DNA of 64,000 nucleotides from NCBI GenBank assembly GCA_040285855.1, contig JAUFOQ010000006.1, positions 2,232,001 to 2,296,000 on the forward strand, in the 5' to 3' direction. This document shows, one piece after another, positions 36,637 to 49,490 of the stretch (position 1 is the stretch's first letter; every line of letters starts with the position of its first letter). This DNA is from Eukaryota sp. GEM-RC1 (taxonomy: Eukaryota). The position numbers and the translations under genes were made by a program. The notes below the pieces were generated by a model, which worked only from the letters and a program-made list of their open reading frames with translations, was not told the DNA's origin and did no database searches.

Positions 36637-36639
36637 ATA

Positions 36640-39600
36640 TGAAAACATCCTGAACTTCCTGTTAGAGTTTAGCTTCTGGTCTCGCGAAATTAGACAACAG
36701 GAAGACAAGGTGTTACAATGATGAGTTAGGAAATCCTATCCACTCATATGACATCTGCCGTACTGCCGTCTTGGAGATTGACCCTACTGATGTATGTGAA
36801 TTTATCAACCAAAACATGGTTTATACTTGGAGACGTACAGGGGAATTATCTTCTAGTGGAACAGATGATGAAGCCGTTTGGCGTTATCTTTGTACGAAAC
36901 CTAGAACAACACCGTGAATGCTGCTACTAAGAGCTTTCAAAGCATCAATTTCACGAAATCCAATGTGGAGCCTCCTGAGAAAATCGCAAATTTCCTGAAT
37001 GCGGCTATAAAAGCCATTCAACGATCCACCGCCATCAAAGGTATCGGGGAAGAGAGGATCGCAATGCCATCAGATCTGATTGCTGAACACTTGAACCAAA
37101 TTGTTGATTGCGACAACAACATCAACCTCCTCGAAGACCTAAAGATAAAGTGGCTTCGTGTGCTTGAACGTAAACCTGAGCTGCTCGAAGAGTTTGTTAA
37201 TGACTTGAAAGAAGTATACCTCTTTTGGGCCAGGAATAATAGTGTTCAGACCGACGAACGAAGCTCTAGATCAAGTAAACCTTCCAAGAATGCTTTGAAA
37301 AGGCTAACTCGAACGAAAATGAACGTTCCGATGAACGTCCCTCTCGACGAGAAGAAAGAGCTTGCTTTAACTGCAACAAGAAAGGTCATTTGTCTAAGGA
37401 TTGCAAAGCCCTTCGCAGAAGCAGTGAGTCGGATGACAAGTCCAGAAAACGTAGGTCTGGTGACGGTAGTCGTAGTAAATATTCTAAATATTCTAAGAAT
37501 AAAACCGATAATTATGTCTTGCAAATTAGAACAACAGTCAACGCTACACCAGATTAATATATCAATCCCCTGGCAGTTCTCAACACACAAGAGGATAAGG
37601 ATGATACATCTAGAAAGATTTATAGTTTACAGAACTTAGGGATCAAAGACAAAGGTAACGGGCCTTTAGTTCTACGATTGTGGATTAACAAAGTTCCAGT
37701 GACAGGTGAATTTGATACAGCAGCTACATGTTCTGTGATCACTCAGGACCTTGTTCGTCACTGTGGAATGGAAATTATCGACGACAGTATTGATTACATT
37801 TCAGCGAATAATATTCGTGCAACTTCCTTAGGTAGTGCAATTGGTGTTCTGACGTTCAACGTCGGAAGTGTGGCCAACCAGATTCACAACAGGCATTCTC
37901 TTCCCGTAATTCCAGGTACCGGAACATTACTGATTGGACGAGATTTGCAAAATGATCTAGGGCTCCTGAAAGACGATGGTTTGATCATAAGATTAGACAA
38001 AGAACATCGCACAATCTTAAACTCTGAGAGTGAATTTGATGAGAGAATTTCGATACCATCAAAACCCATCTTGGATCAATCAATTTCGATTGCTTCCATC
38101 AATGATGAGTGCGGCAAGTCTCAACCCTCTAATCAATCTTTGATTGACTTTGAGAAGAAAGTTGACGATTCTGGCTGTAAGATACTACTAGATGATCCTA
38201 CACGACGACAGGCATTGCTTACCCTATTAAGCGAATGAGACGCCCTATTCTCACTCCTTGATTTCGCTTATTCTCACTCCTTCTGTTTATTTTTTTGTGA
38301 AGTTACATCTTCTCCTATGAACTACGAACCTGGATCATTTATTTTGGCAGCTCCTTCTTTCGATGATGATGCGTAAAGAATGTCCTGCAAAGAAAGGGAT
38401 GCCTTGTTGTAAGAGACTGCAACAGTTGGTTAAAGATTGCCAACCTCTAACTGTTGAGATGTTTCATCATCATTGGCATCTGGAAAGACGCATTGAAGAT
38501 GCTCAACGTGTAGGCCAACCTAGATTAGCCAGAATTCTTCCACCTAACCCAGCTTAGGCTAGAGGAAGGCCAAGACACTCAGAAGTAGCGAACAGCAATC
38601 ACCAGGATAGAGTTGTTGCTCAACAACGAACTCAATATAAATGTGGCCTCTGCAGAACTCCAGGTCATACTAGAAGAAGTTGTCCACTAAAGGGACAGTT
38701 CCAACGTATGATTGAACAAGGAACTAATGAGTAGTTGTATTAGGTTTATTTGATACGAAATAAAAGAAAATAAGACGTCATAGCGGAAGAAAAACTATGG
38801 TGAAGAAATACAGAGAAGGAGTGAGAATAAGCGAAATCAAGGAGTGAGAATAGGGCGTCTCTAAGCGAATACTCCGAAGTCTTCTCTGAAGAAATACATC
38901 CTGACGGCATTGATTGTCCTCCGATGTCTATTCCCTTCGACGACGAGAGCACAGTTGTATATAGGCCTCCTCGACGGTTGAACCCTATGAAACAGAAGGT
39001 TGCCGAAGAGATCTTTAATGAATTAATACTGCAAGGATGGGCCATACCATCGACAGGAACATTCAGCAGTCCCATTGTCCTGGTGATGTACAACGACCAC
39101 CGCAAGCCCCGTTTAACTGGAGATTTCAGTGGGCCCAATGGGATAAATGCTAATACGAAGCCTGTGAAGCTGAATCTTCCCAGGATCTGTGATATACTAG
39201 AGTTCCTTTCGAATGCAAACTTCATCGGAACAGTTGATCTTCCAAAAGCTTTTTGGCAACTCAAAGTAGCTGAAGAAGACGTCGACAAGACAACTGTGTC
39301 TATACCTGGTATGTCAATTAGTTTCAAACGGACATGTTTTGGTTTGAAGAATGTACCTGCAATCTTCCAAAACATTATGATGGATATATTCAACATTGAG
39401 GGTGTTTTTATTTACATTGACGATGTAATAATCATAGGGAACACATTTGAAGAATATATGGATCGATTACGACAAGTACTAGATTGCGCCAGACGCTTTC
39501 GTGTACGTTTTGGATTACGTAAATGTTATTTCGTAACTTGTAATCACAAAATCAAGATTCTAGGCAGCGACTTTGTGAACAAAACCCGTTGCATCGATGA

Positions 39601-42023
39601 AAGTAGAATTTCTGCTTTGAGGAACCTATCAAGTAATCTCACTGAAGTTAGGAGTCTGATTGGTGCTTTGAATTATATAGGAGACTTCATTCCAAATTTT
39701 TCGGATTTGACAGCTCCATTAGTAGCACTAACTCGTGACAAACCTAAGAAGATACTGTGGACAACGGAACACGATGAATTATTAGTATCAATCAAAGGAT
39801 TAATAATCAATCATATGGCTTTAGACTTGCCTAGTGAAGAAGTGAACATCATAATCTCCACGGATGCATCTAACATAGCCGTAGGTGGCGTGATTTGGCA
39901 GGAAGAAAATCCTCGATCTCCACCTGGGACTCCTCTAAAAGATCGAAGGGTTCGACCTATCTCTTTCTATAGCAGACTTTTGAACAATAGTCAGCAGAAT
40001 TGGGCTGCAATTCGGAAAGAATTGTATGTCATTTTGCAGATTCTGACTGAATTAACGTTGGAAGGTTTTCTAATGAGTAGACACTTGACGATCTTTACAG
40101 ATCATAGGAACCTTGCTTTTCTCATAACTGCACCTGAGAATAACCGGATTGTCAAACGATGGATCCCAATATTTTCTGAGTATAGTATTGAGATTGAGCA
40201 CGTTGCAGGAGAAGATAATCAATGGGCTGACATGCTATCACGAGTAATCGATCGCAGTCCCATTGAGACAATCAAATCAGTGATTTTGACAAATCACGTT
40301 TCAGATCGGAACATTGTACTCAATCAAATGGATATGAGACACAATGGAGATGACTACACCGAGTTACGGTTCATCAAGGATAACTCAACCTATGTCATCA
40401 GCAATCTACGGGAACTATCTGTCGACAACCAACTTCCTTTGTTCGACTCTTGGCTGTCAACCATTAGATCCGAACAGCTGAAAGCTTATGAGTTGAAAGA
40501 TCCTGTATTTAAGAACACGGTAATATGCTCTGAAAGCATGTTACATTTATCTAAAGACAAGAAAATCCTGATACCAGACACGTTGAGGAAAACACTACTC
40601 AATATGCTCCATGGTTTAGTCCAAGCAGGACACCCAAACTTGAAAGATAGTTTGGCTAAGCTGTTCAACAGCGGCTACTTTTGGCCTAAGATAAAAGCTG
40701 ACATGGTAAAACATGTTAAGCACTGTCCAGCCTGTCAGAAAACAGCTCCGGCTTATAAACTGACTATCGAATCGACGGGTTCGTTATGGGCCGACAGACC
40801 ATTCGCAAGACTCAATGTCGATACGATTGGACCTCTTCCAAAAGATCAAGATGGTAATCAGTTCTTACTGGTCTTCGTGGATTCGTTCACAAGATATACT
40901 ATCCTTAGCCCCCTCGAAGAACTAAATAGTATCGAGGTAGCACATCGTCTAGTGTGGGATGTTGTTGCTAGCTTTGGAGTACCTTTTATGATTCACAGTG
41001 ATAACGGCAAGGAGTTTGCTAACTCCACGTTCGAGGCAGTTTGTAACCTGCTGGCCGTTGAGATCAGTCGTTCGATTCCACATTTCTTTCAAAGTAAATG
41101 GTCTGGTAAAACGTCGACACAGGGATGTACTTCAAAGTCTACGTCGTCTCCTTGTAGATTTCAACGATTACGATAGTTGGTCTAGATATATCCCAGCTGT
41201 ACAACTTCAAATATATGCTACTACTAGTAGTGTCGCATGCCACTCACCATATCAACTGATGTTTGGAAGTGATATTAGCCCTGGTTCTGATCCAATAAAC
41301 ATGCTAAAAGCATTTGAACAAAGTCGATCTGAGATTCCATTCGTAAAAGATATGGCTCTAAAACTCGAAAGACTAACGAAAAAGCGAGAAGAGGCAGAGA
41401 CTCGTCAAACAAGTAAGGCCTCTCGCAAAACCAACAAAAGTAACCCGTTCAAGATAGGTGATCTCGTACTGAAGAAGTCAAAGACATCTAAGCAACATGG
41501 TAGTTATGCTGGACCATTCCTGTTAATGTCCGTTGATTCTCAATCATCAATGTCAATCAAGAATCTGATTACTGGTCACGTCAGCAAAGCTAGTTTCCAC
41601 CAATGTAAGATCTATCTCACAGACTTACCCAACGACTCTGATTTCCATAAGGCTGTTGCGTCAGACGATTCAAAAGAACATATCGTCCTTGAAATACTCG
41701 ACCGCTATGATACCCCCGTTGGTGAACACTGTACTGTGTTGTGGTATGGTGGTGAAACCTCCTCAGTTCCCACTAAGGATATTTCCAATACCAAAGCTTA
41801 TTCTGCGTTTATTAGATTAGAAAGTATTGATAGTAAAGTCCACAAGCCTAAGAAGCCCTTGCCTCGTACTAGAGTATCTAGCTCAGGACTGTCTAGTAAA
41901 ACACATGTTGCCAAGAGAACTAGGAACTCGAAGAGAGAGAAGAGGTAGTGTAGGCCACAGGTGTTGATACGTGGCAGTGTTCTAGTTCCAATTTCATTAT
42001 TCAATATACTTATACTTACCACA
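36640..42023 (+). mobile_element. Ty3/gypsy LTR retrotransposon, 5'-truncated and defective (gag-PR-RT-RH-IN-chromo-like)
   Basis: CFNCNKKGHLSKDC; FDTAAT; DLPKAFWQ, FGLKNVP, YIDD; TDASN; H..H/CPAC, DTIG, SDNG; purine tract GAGAGAGAAGAGG before TGTAGG. Confidence 0.93.
38237..38861. mobile_element. Non-autonomous MULE (625 bp) inserted in gypsy pol
   Basis: ~50-bp TIR GAGACGCCCTATTCTCACTCC...; 9-bp TSD TAAGCGAAT; internal RGRPR and CGLCRTPGHTRRSC; excision restores LLSEYSEVF. Confidence 0.93.
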
Positions 42024-42114
42024 TGTCTCATACAGGTAACATCATTGAAAAAATCACAAAGGTCATCAACAATTAAAAGAATTTTGTCTACATAATGCTT
42101 TTAAAATATCAAAA

Positions 42115-42570
42115 TTAATACCAAAAGGTCCGGGAGCTTTCCCAGATGGCAACGTTAAGATCAAATCCAAAACTCATCAGACAAAATACGATTTTCTCTC
42201 CAATATGTTGGAGAAAGTGGAACTTCCGTAACACATATTCTATTTTTAAAAAATGTATTTGTATTTTGTTCAATCCTTGTATTTTCCAGGTATGGTTGGA
42301 TCTATCAAGATTCAGCTCTTCCACATGAATGCTATCCTCAATAGACTCATACGCTGGATAAGTCCACAAGACATCATCGTATTTATTACTGACTACAACA
42401 CGTAGCGCTTGGCGAAGTTCGCTCCTTGGCATTCTGTCATCCACGATCGCATACCTAAAAGAAGACACTGATATCTGTTGAGGAACGTTTCTGCATGTAT
42501 TTTCCCTCAAGTTGGACGATTTACTGGGCGATTGGTTAGATACAGATGATGGGAATACGTATCGTTATCA
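42115..42570 (-). pseudogene. Unidentified coding fragment
   Basis: Protein-like 131-aa ORF, duplicated at 60726-61136; no motif recognised. Confidence 0.3.
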
Positions 42571-43338
42571 ATCATATTACACATGGGATCCGTGTCTTAG
42601 TATCTGTTAGTATCATTTGATTGGAAAGGAAGATGTATCTGATAGTATTAGTTTTAAGTACATGTAGTTTTCACAGAAGTCATTAGACATAAATTTACAA
42701 AAGAAAAGTACAGGAATAGCAAATTTTACGGTACAGGAATAGCAAAAACCTGCATTTGATGAGTGACTATTCACAGATAGAAACATTACTGGCTTAAAAA
42801 GTACAAAAACCGATTTTTTGACGATTTAAAGTTGTATTAGAAAATGGCGATGCTGACAATCTTTCATGAGTAATCTGAAACAGTATTGAAACCGATACAT
42901 TTCTTTCAAATCTTAAGGTTATGTATATGACATCATACTTGTAAAATTCCAAAATCTGTATTTTATGTATTTTATGTATTTTACTGAATTTTTTCCAATA
43001 TGCTGAACAAGTGCTTCGTCCGCTCATTTGCGTCCATTATAATGATATCAAGTGCTAGTTTTAGATGCAGTCATTCTTTGGTTCAGCTCTTTCCGACCAT
43101 TTGGTTAACATTTACTTGCATTTATCAAACTCAATCTGTGAAAATGAACAAATTTTGTTCATCAATCTCTTCCCTCAATTCATCCTAACAATCCAAGAAG
43201 TAACTTCTAGAACATAAGAAAGAGGAAGTGGGCCAGGACGCAGATGCTGGAATCAATGAATTAGTGGAGATCAACCTTGAACTTTTGCTGGACATCGTTA
43301 TAACCACCTGCAGGAATTGGAATCGAATACAATCTTAT

Positions 43339-44041
43339 CAGGGGTGGGAAAACAATATTGCAATAAATATAAACATATTTTAGCCACAAAATAACTATTG
43401 CAATTTCTGAAATAGTACCAATAAATATCGCAATTCTTCAACCAATATTGCAAGAGTTCAATATTGCAACAATAAGAATCATATTATGTACTTATTACAA
43501 AAAAACGCAGATTCTATTGTTCATAATCAGAAATATCGAAATTAATCTCAATAGTATTGAGAATAGTATCGAAGATGAAGATATTGAGTCAATACCATTA
43601 TATACATCTACGATTTTTATACTGCTCACGATAAGTCTTACAGTAGCTTTATCCCAAAAATCACTGTTTTCTTTCATTATTATTTGCATTTCAAGACTGG
43701 GGGCTTCAGAGAAAATGGCTTCAGAAGAAAGAATTCAGATTGAACTTCAGGAAACACTCGAATTGAGCTCAAATGACAGACATTATGATAATACAACAAC
43801 TAGAAATCATCACCGATAAATCAACTCTCACTTTATAAACACATAATGCAACAAAACGGGTTTTGGGACTCCAAATGGTGAAGTAAAACAACAAAATGAA
43901 CAACGTATATTGGCAATATTGCAATATTCCAATAATTAACCGGTATAACAATAAATATTGGTCCACCTCACAGAGCGGAAATATATAGTGGAGCAATATT
44001 TATTGCAATATTGGAAGATCAATATTGTTTTCCCACCCCTG
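43339..44041. mobile_element. Non-autonomous hAT element (703 bp)
   Basis: 22-bp TIR CAGGGGTGGGAAAACAATATTG; 8-bp TSD AATCTTAT. Confidence 0.93.
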
Positions 44042-44324
44042 AATCTTATACTGCACCGTTATCGTTGAGTGCTCGTTGAAGAAGATTAGCAGACTGATAT
44101 GTTTGTATTTTACTTTGTATTTTGGCGTATTTTTGTATTTTTCAAATGAAAACTCGTGTATTGTACAAGTATGTATGACATCAAATAACAGCGGCACGTA
44201 CAGTACATGTACCAAATATAATTACATTGATTTAAGATAAATTACAAAACATTCATTTACAAGTATATAACATTAATAACATAAGGAAGTATGAAGAAAA
44301 ATACTAACAAAAAAGTGACTCAAG

Positions 44325-46646
44325 TTATGGACTGAATCAGAATTGACTTTGAAGTCTTTCAATTTTGATGGAAGCTGTATTTGATTTGTCTTGAAGATCT
44401 TCAGCTTCTACATGTAATATTCCATCTGAATCAATGATCATTGTGGTAGATATTTGGGCTTCTCCTGCTGGAAGGGGGAGGTAGATTACTGATCCTGAAG
44501 CGTGCAAGAAATGTATTTAGAGACACAACCGAGGCCTCACCTTGATACACGTTGATAGTAGTTGATGTTTGATAGTCGGCAGTAGTAACGTAAGTATCAT
44601 TGAACATACAAGGAACACTGGAATGCCTAGGAATGATGACACTCATGGTACCAACTTCATTGGTTTCGGATTTAGATTTGATACTAATACCCAAACTATG
44701 AGGAGTTACATCATGAAGAACGTGATTAAAGTAGGCAGATGCACCAGCAGCCACGGATTGGTCAGGATTGAGAGTTTTTCTTACTTTACCAGGAAACTTA
44801 AGTTCAAGTATTTCTTGAACCTTTCTCAAACGAGAAGATCCTCCTACAAGTTGGACGTAGTCGATGGCAGAAGATTGAAGACGGAGGGATTGAAGAAGTT
44901 CCTCAATGATAGATAAGCATCTGGTAATGTAAGGGGCACAAATAGCATCAAAACGGTCTTTAGTTAAGACAAGTTCAAGATCATTTCCAGAAGCAAAGTT
45001 CTCAACTTCTATTTCAGACTCATCTTTAGTCGTTAGGGCTTTCTTTGCTTTCTCTACCGCAAAACGCAATAAGACTTTCTTCTTTTCAGTTGGTAAGGAG
45101 TAACAGTTATTGTCAGTAGTCCAGTTTTTCATAACATGGTCTATTATTTCTTGATCGATGTTTGCCCCACCTAAGTTGGTAGAGCCATGAGTTCCAATGA
45201 CAGTAATGTCATCGCTTTTAATATCTACAATAGAAACATCAAAGGTACCACCACCAAAATCAAATACGAGAACTCGCTTGCCGATTGACGAAGGATCTTC
45301 TTGTTTTAGAGATAGAGCAGCAGCAGTTGGTTCGTTGATTAGGGTGATTTCCTCAAAGCCGGCAATATATGCAGCCCTCTTTGTTGCTTGACGTTGATCA
45401 TCATTGAAATATGCAGGTACAGTAATGACAGCCTTGGTGATGTGAGACTGTCCCAGAGCATTGATAGCGTTAGTTCTGATGTGAGATAAGACTCTCGCAC
45501 TGATTTCTTCGGGACGGTATGTTTGGTTATTCACTCCGATACCAGTGAATCCATCACTTAGTTCTACAATTCTGAAAGGATATCTGGTTTTCATTTGTTG
45601 AACAACTTCATCATTAAAACGTCGTCCAATAAATCGCTTAATCTCAAAAAAAGTTTTATCAGGGTGTTTCTTCATAGTATCTCGAGCATCAACACCAATA
45701 CTACATGGCTGGGATGCGAAGGAGACAATAGATGGAACAAGTATTTCAGCTGAGTCGAAATCTGTCAGAACTTCAGTGATGTGAGATGTGAGACTGCCGT
45801 CTGGTTCTCGTTTTTGACGATAAACTGCAGCACAAGAGTTTGTTGTTCCGAGGTCGATCCCAAGAACAATGGATGAAGACATTTGAGAATTTGGCCGTGT
45901 ATTGGTGAAGGATGAAGTCTTGACTGCAATAATAGGAGTTGCAGAGGTCATGTTGTAATGTGAAAGATCCTGGTCATCGTCTAAAACGAGACCTTTGAAA
46001 ACAAGTTTAAGTCCAAAAGAGTATTGTGACTCACAAAGTAGATCGTAGACCTTCGATTTCAAGATATGTACTTTGTCAGTGGGATCAACGTCTACTTCGA
46101 AGATACGGGATGGGTTTAGCAGGCGAACTCTAAGTTGTCCTTGTCTTTCTCGTAATCTCTTGACTCTACTTTCATAGATTCTCTGGAAAAAGGGTACACT
46201 TCGGTGGGGTCTTCTTTCTGGGCGACTAGGAGAAGTCTTAGGTTCGTCAGTCTCTACGTTGTTAGCCGTTGAGCTGGATGGGAGACGTCCGTTCATGTTA
46301 CATCTTCGACCTCGACCTCGACCTAAGGGGGGACGGTTAACACGAGATCTGGGGGGTAAGGTATCCATGACTTTGATTTCGTGTTCTCCCCACATCTGAC
46401 CATTCCAATGAGATTTGATGAATTCACCTATTTCAGCAGAAGGTACGGAAATGATTGCAAATGACCCATTAAACCACATAGAATCTCGACGCACAATGAC
46501 GTCACAACCGGGGAATAAACTGAGCTTTTCCAAAAGTTCAGTTACAGTGAAGCCATGAGGAAGATTGCCTTAAGTCAGACGGGGTATTCACACAAACCAA
46601 TGTAGATTCTTGTAGTACGAGTGGGTTCATCAGGTTCACCACACAT
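44325..46646 (-). CDS. hsp70: RRM-ubiquitin-like-Hsp70 fusion protein (lidless); intron 46569-46597; frameshift in the G-run near 44475
   Basis: Spliced start MCGEPDEPTRTTRIYIGNLP; RGRGR linker; Ubl FEVDVDPTDKVHILKSKV...LKLVFKGLVLDDDQDLSHYNM; Hsp70 NBD and SBD-beta in one open frame. Confidence 0.88.
46569..46597 (-). other. Predicted 29-nt spliceosomal intron
   Basis: GTTTGTGTGAATACCCCGTCTGACTTAAG with CTGAC branch motif; splicing links ATG 46646 in frame to the 700-aa ORF. Confidence 0.85.
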
Positions 46647-47159
46647 TATATGTGAAGCGGAATTCAACTTACAATTTGTATTTTTTTTGATTTCCTTAAG
46701 CGATTATACAGCAGAAGTGTGTAATGAATCGATTCTTTTGTTTATCTTTTTCTTAGGCAACTTCGATAAATACTAGTTTTGTCACGGGAACTACTATTTT
46801 AACTTTATTCGATAATTATATATACATGAACATGTATATGTACCTTCGATAATTGAATGATAATTGAAAATGTGAAAGGTACATATATAGATTATTCAAA
46901 CAACGGGTATTACATGGTCTTCATTCAATCCTTCTAGCTCAGTTGCAAAGGAGTAAGAGCCAAAAAAGTGGTTTAGTAAGACCTGGCCCGACTACAAAAA
47001 TGCCTACATAATGGTCGCTCTCTTTGTAAGAGTAGAAACCAACCTTCTATTAGTAGTCTAGAATTTGAACAACTCATGTGTCAAACGTATTTGTGGAGTA
47101 GCAAACAATTTCTCCAACATCATTTATCAGTCCTTACTACATTTCCCAAGACATGTTTC

Positions 47160-47930
47160 GAGTTTTCCTCGTTTTGTTGAATTGTCTTCAAGTATTGGTT
47201 TGTCAATTAATTTTCAAAAATGTCTTGTCATTGGACGTTCTTCAGTTGATTTGAATTTTGGGGAATCTTCCATTCCGTTTGTCAATTATTCAGATGAATG
47301 TGTCAAGTTTTTGGGCAATTATACTGGTATTGTTGACAAAATTAAGGAGACTTTATCACATAAGAATAATTGTATCTTTCAGCAGCTTAACCAAATCGTT
47401 GATCTAGATGTAGGCAAACAAGTGTCTTTTGCTATGCTGCAAGTTTGCTTTGGTGGTAAAATTAATCACTTTTTACGTGGTTTACCGCCTGAACTAACTC
47501 TCGAATGATCTCGTAATTTTAATTCATTGCGCACAAATTTTGTTAGTTATCTGGTTGGTAACAAAGACTCTTCACTTCCTTCTCATTGTTTTACTTCTAC
47601 TTCTTTTGGTGGTATTGGTTTCACGAAAGCTAAATACATGCGTGATGGTGCCTTTTGGGGTCTTTAAAGAATTTTTTGTTTGGCTTTCAGAATCGTTATC
47701 CTGAGTTATGGAAAACGAAAGGTTTTTTACTTCACTCACCTTGTGCATGGTTAATTAGTTTTCAAAATTTAATTGATAGTCTTGACTCCAATTTGTGGTC
47801 AGATGTATTTCCTGTTGGGGTAACAGAAATTCAGCAGAGAAGCATTTTCTCTTTGCCTTTGTGTGTTCGCAAGTTACAGAAGAAGTTTGTTTTGTTTCAC
47901 GAAAGCTTGGACTTTAAAAACCGTATTAAG
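47160..47930 (+). mobile_element. Internal fragment of CRE-like LINE (same family as 21327-24328)
   Basis: VGKQVSFAMLQVCFGGKINHFLRGLPPELT closely matches ORF 22390-23028. Confidence 0.85.
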
Positions 47931-49490
47931 TGTCTGGAGAACCTGAAAGTATTGGTAAAGGAGTTGCACAGAGAGACTCTGGTGTGGGGATTGATGGTGT
48001 CACAACCAAAGAAACCCATGTTACACTGGATGAATCTGATGCTGAAGCACTCCGAAAACTCCGTTTGAACCGGGATGGTGAAGACGTGCAATTTATTTCT
48101 GAGCCTAAGACCCCCAAGAAGTCTAGTCAGACAGCGTCCTCTGGAGCTAAGAATCTTCTGCCAATTGATGAGTTTGACATATCTAATGTGGAATACTCTG
48201 AGGAACTTACCCAGGACGATTTGGCGAGGAAGTTGAAACGTGTAGCTGAGATGACCGAACTATTAGCTTTCCGAAAAAACTTCGAAGAGCATGATAGACT
48301 ACTTGCTCTCTCCGTAAAACCCCATAGACCCATGTCTAATGGGGAACGGAAAGAATTCGAAGCAGGGAAACGGGCCAGGTCCGTCGAGGACAACGCTCCG
48401 GACTACCTAAGGGATAGAGCTCTGTGGCATAATGATGCACTCCCTGATCATCTCATACCCTTCGAATCCATCCGCGACAGCTTAACAGGTATGACTGCGG
48501 AAACTCTCTGGTACTATGCCCAGTTTCAACCGAGTCATCCTGATCTCAAAGCTAGGATGCGGCATAGGAAACATTACCTAATCAGGAATGTACCACCTTT
48601 GACTTCCCCAGAGAACATCAAGAAGTAGCTGGGTGAGAAGTTCAACGGGAGCCGTGGGGATACCTTTAGCTTTCCGGACGATGAAGTCTGGGACCCTTCC
48701 ATGGGAATGGTTGTTGAACTTGCTGAACTTGGAGACCCCTCTGGTCAACGAGTATTTTATGCTTACCCTCCTTGGTTTGTGTACCAAAAATCTCGAGAAG
48801 CTGCTGTGTTTCACAATGTGGCTGTCTTCACAGATTGGGTTGACCCTGCTCACGAATTTCCCAATGTTGGACCTGGCTTAGCTTTACCTCAGAAGTTTCG
48901 TACTACTCCAGCTGATAACAGGGAGATTGTTCCTTTCGGTCTTCGAAACGATCAAAGACTCGAACTTAGCGTTGGTGCTCCTCTCTGCGAAAGCAAACAT
49001 CAAGACTCTCCTTCAATTCGAGAACTAGATGCTGACGCTCCTCCAAACTCTTATTACCCTGGTAAAACAAAAAGACCCAGTGGTTCCGTTATTTATGTTT
49101 ATGACAAAAAATCAAAGAAGTTTCTACGTGGTAAAGAAATCAACGGTTTTGGTGATAAAAGACACAAGGGCTCTCCGAAGACTGGTTGCGAAGAAGAATT
49201 CGAAGAAGTCTACAAGATTACCGAGAATCCAGATCGCTTGAGCACAATTATGCAGATCTTGGAACTCGAGGAAACCCCAGCTCAAGCAGAACCTCGTTCA
49301 GAATTCGAAGTAGAAGAACATGTTCGACCTCCTTTCAGATCTCGATACGATGAATCTCCTCCCGACTCCGATGAAGAAGATAGAAGGAATCTGGCTGGAT
49401 CATGTGCCTTGCGTGGATCTATGATTTTAGGAAACAATCCAATCAAATCAAAAGCTCGCCCAAAGTCGAAATTCAAACCAAAGATGTTGG
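47930..49490 (+). pseudogene. Orphan ~520-codon reading frame with one in-frame TAG (48626-48628)
   Basis: ORFs 47930 and 48701 share a frame; higher GC than flanks; no family recognised. Confidence 0.5.

Noticed and set aside
38746..39396. Antisense ORFs over pol, Hsp70, RIO1 and transposases (e.g. 38746-39396, 25649-25996, 3651-3920)
   Set aside because: Shadow frames of real genes with no independent motifs
48626..48628. In-frame TAG as evidence for stop-codon reassignment
   Set aside because: Single case in TE-flanked DNA; long host ORFs have no internal stops, and TAG ends APN1 and Hsp70 at plausible positions
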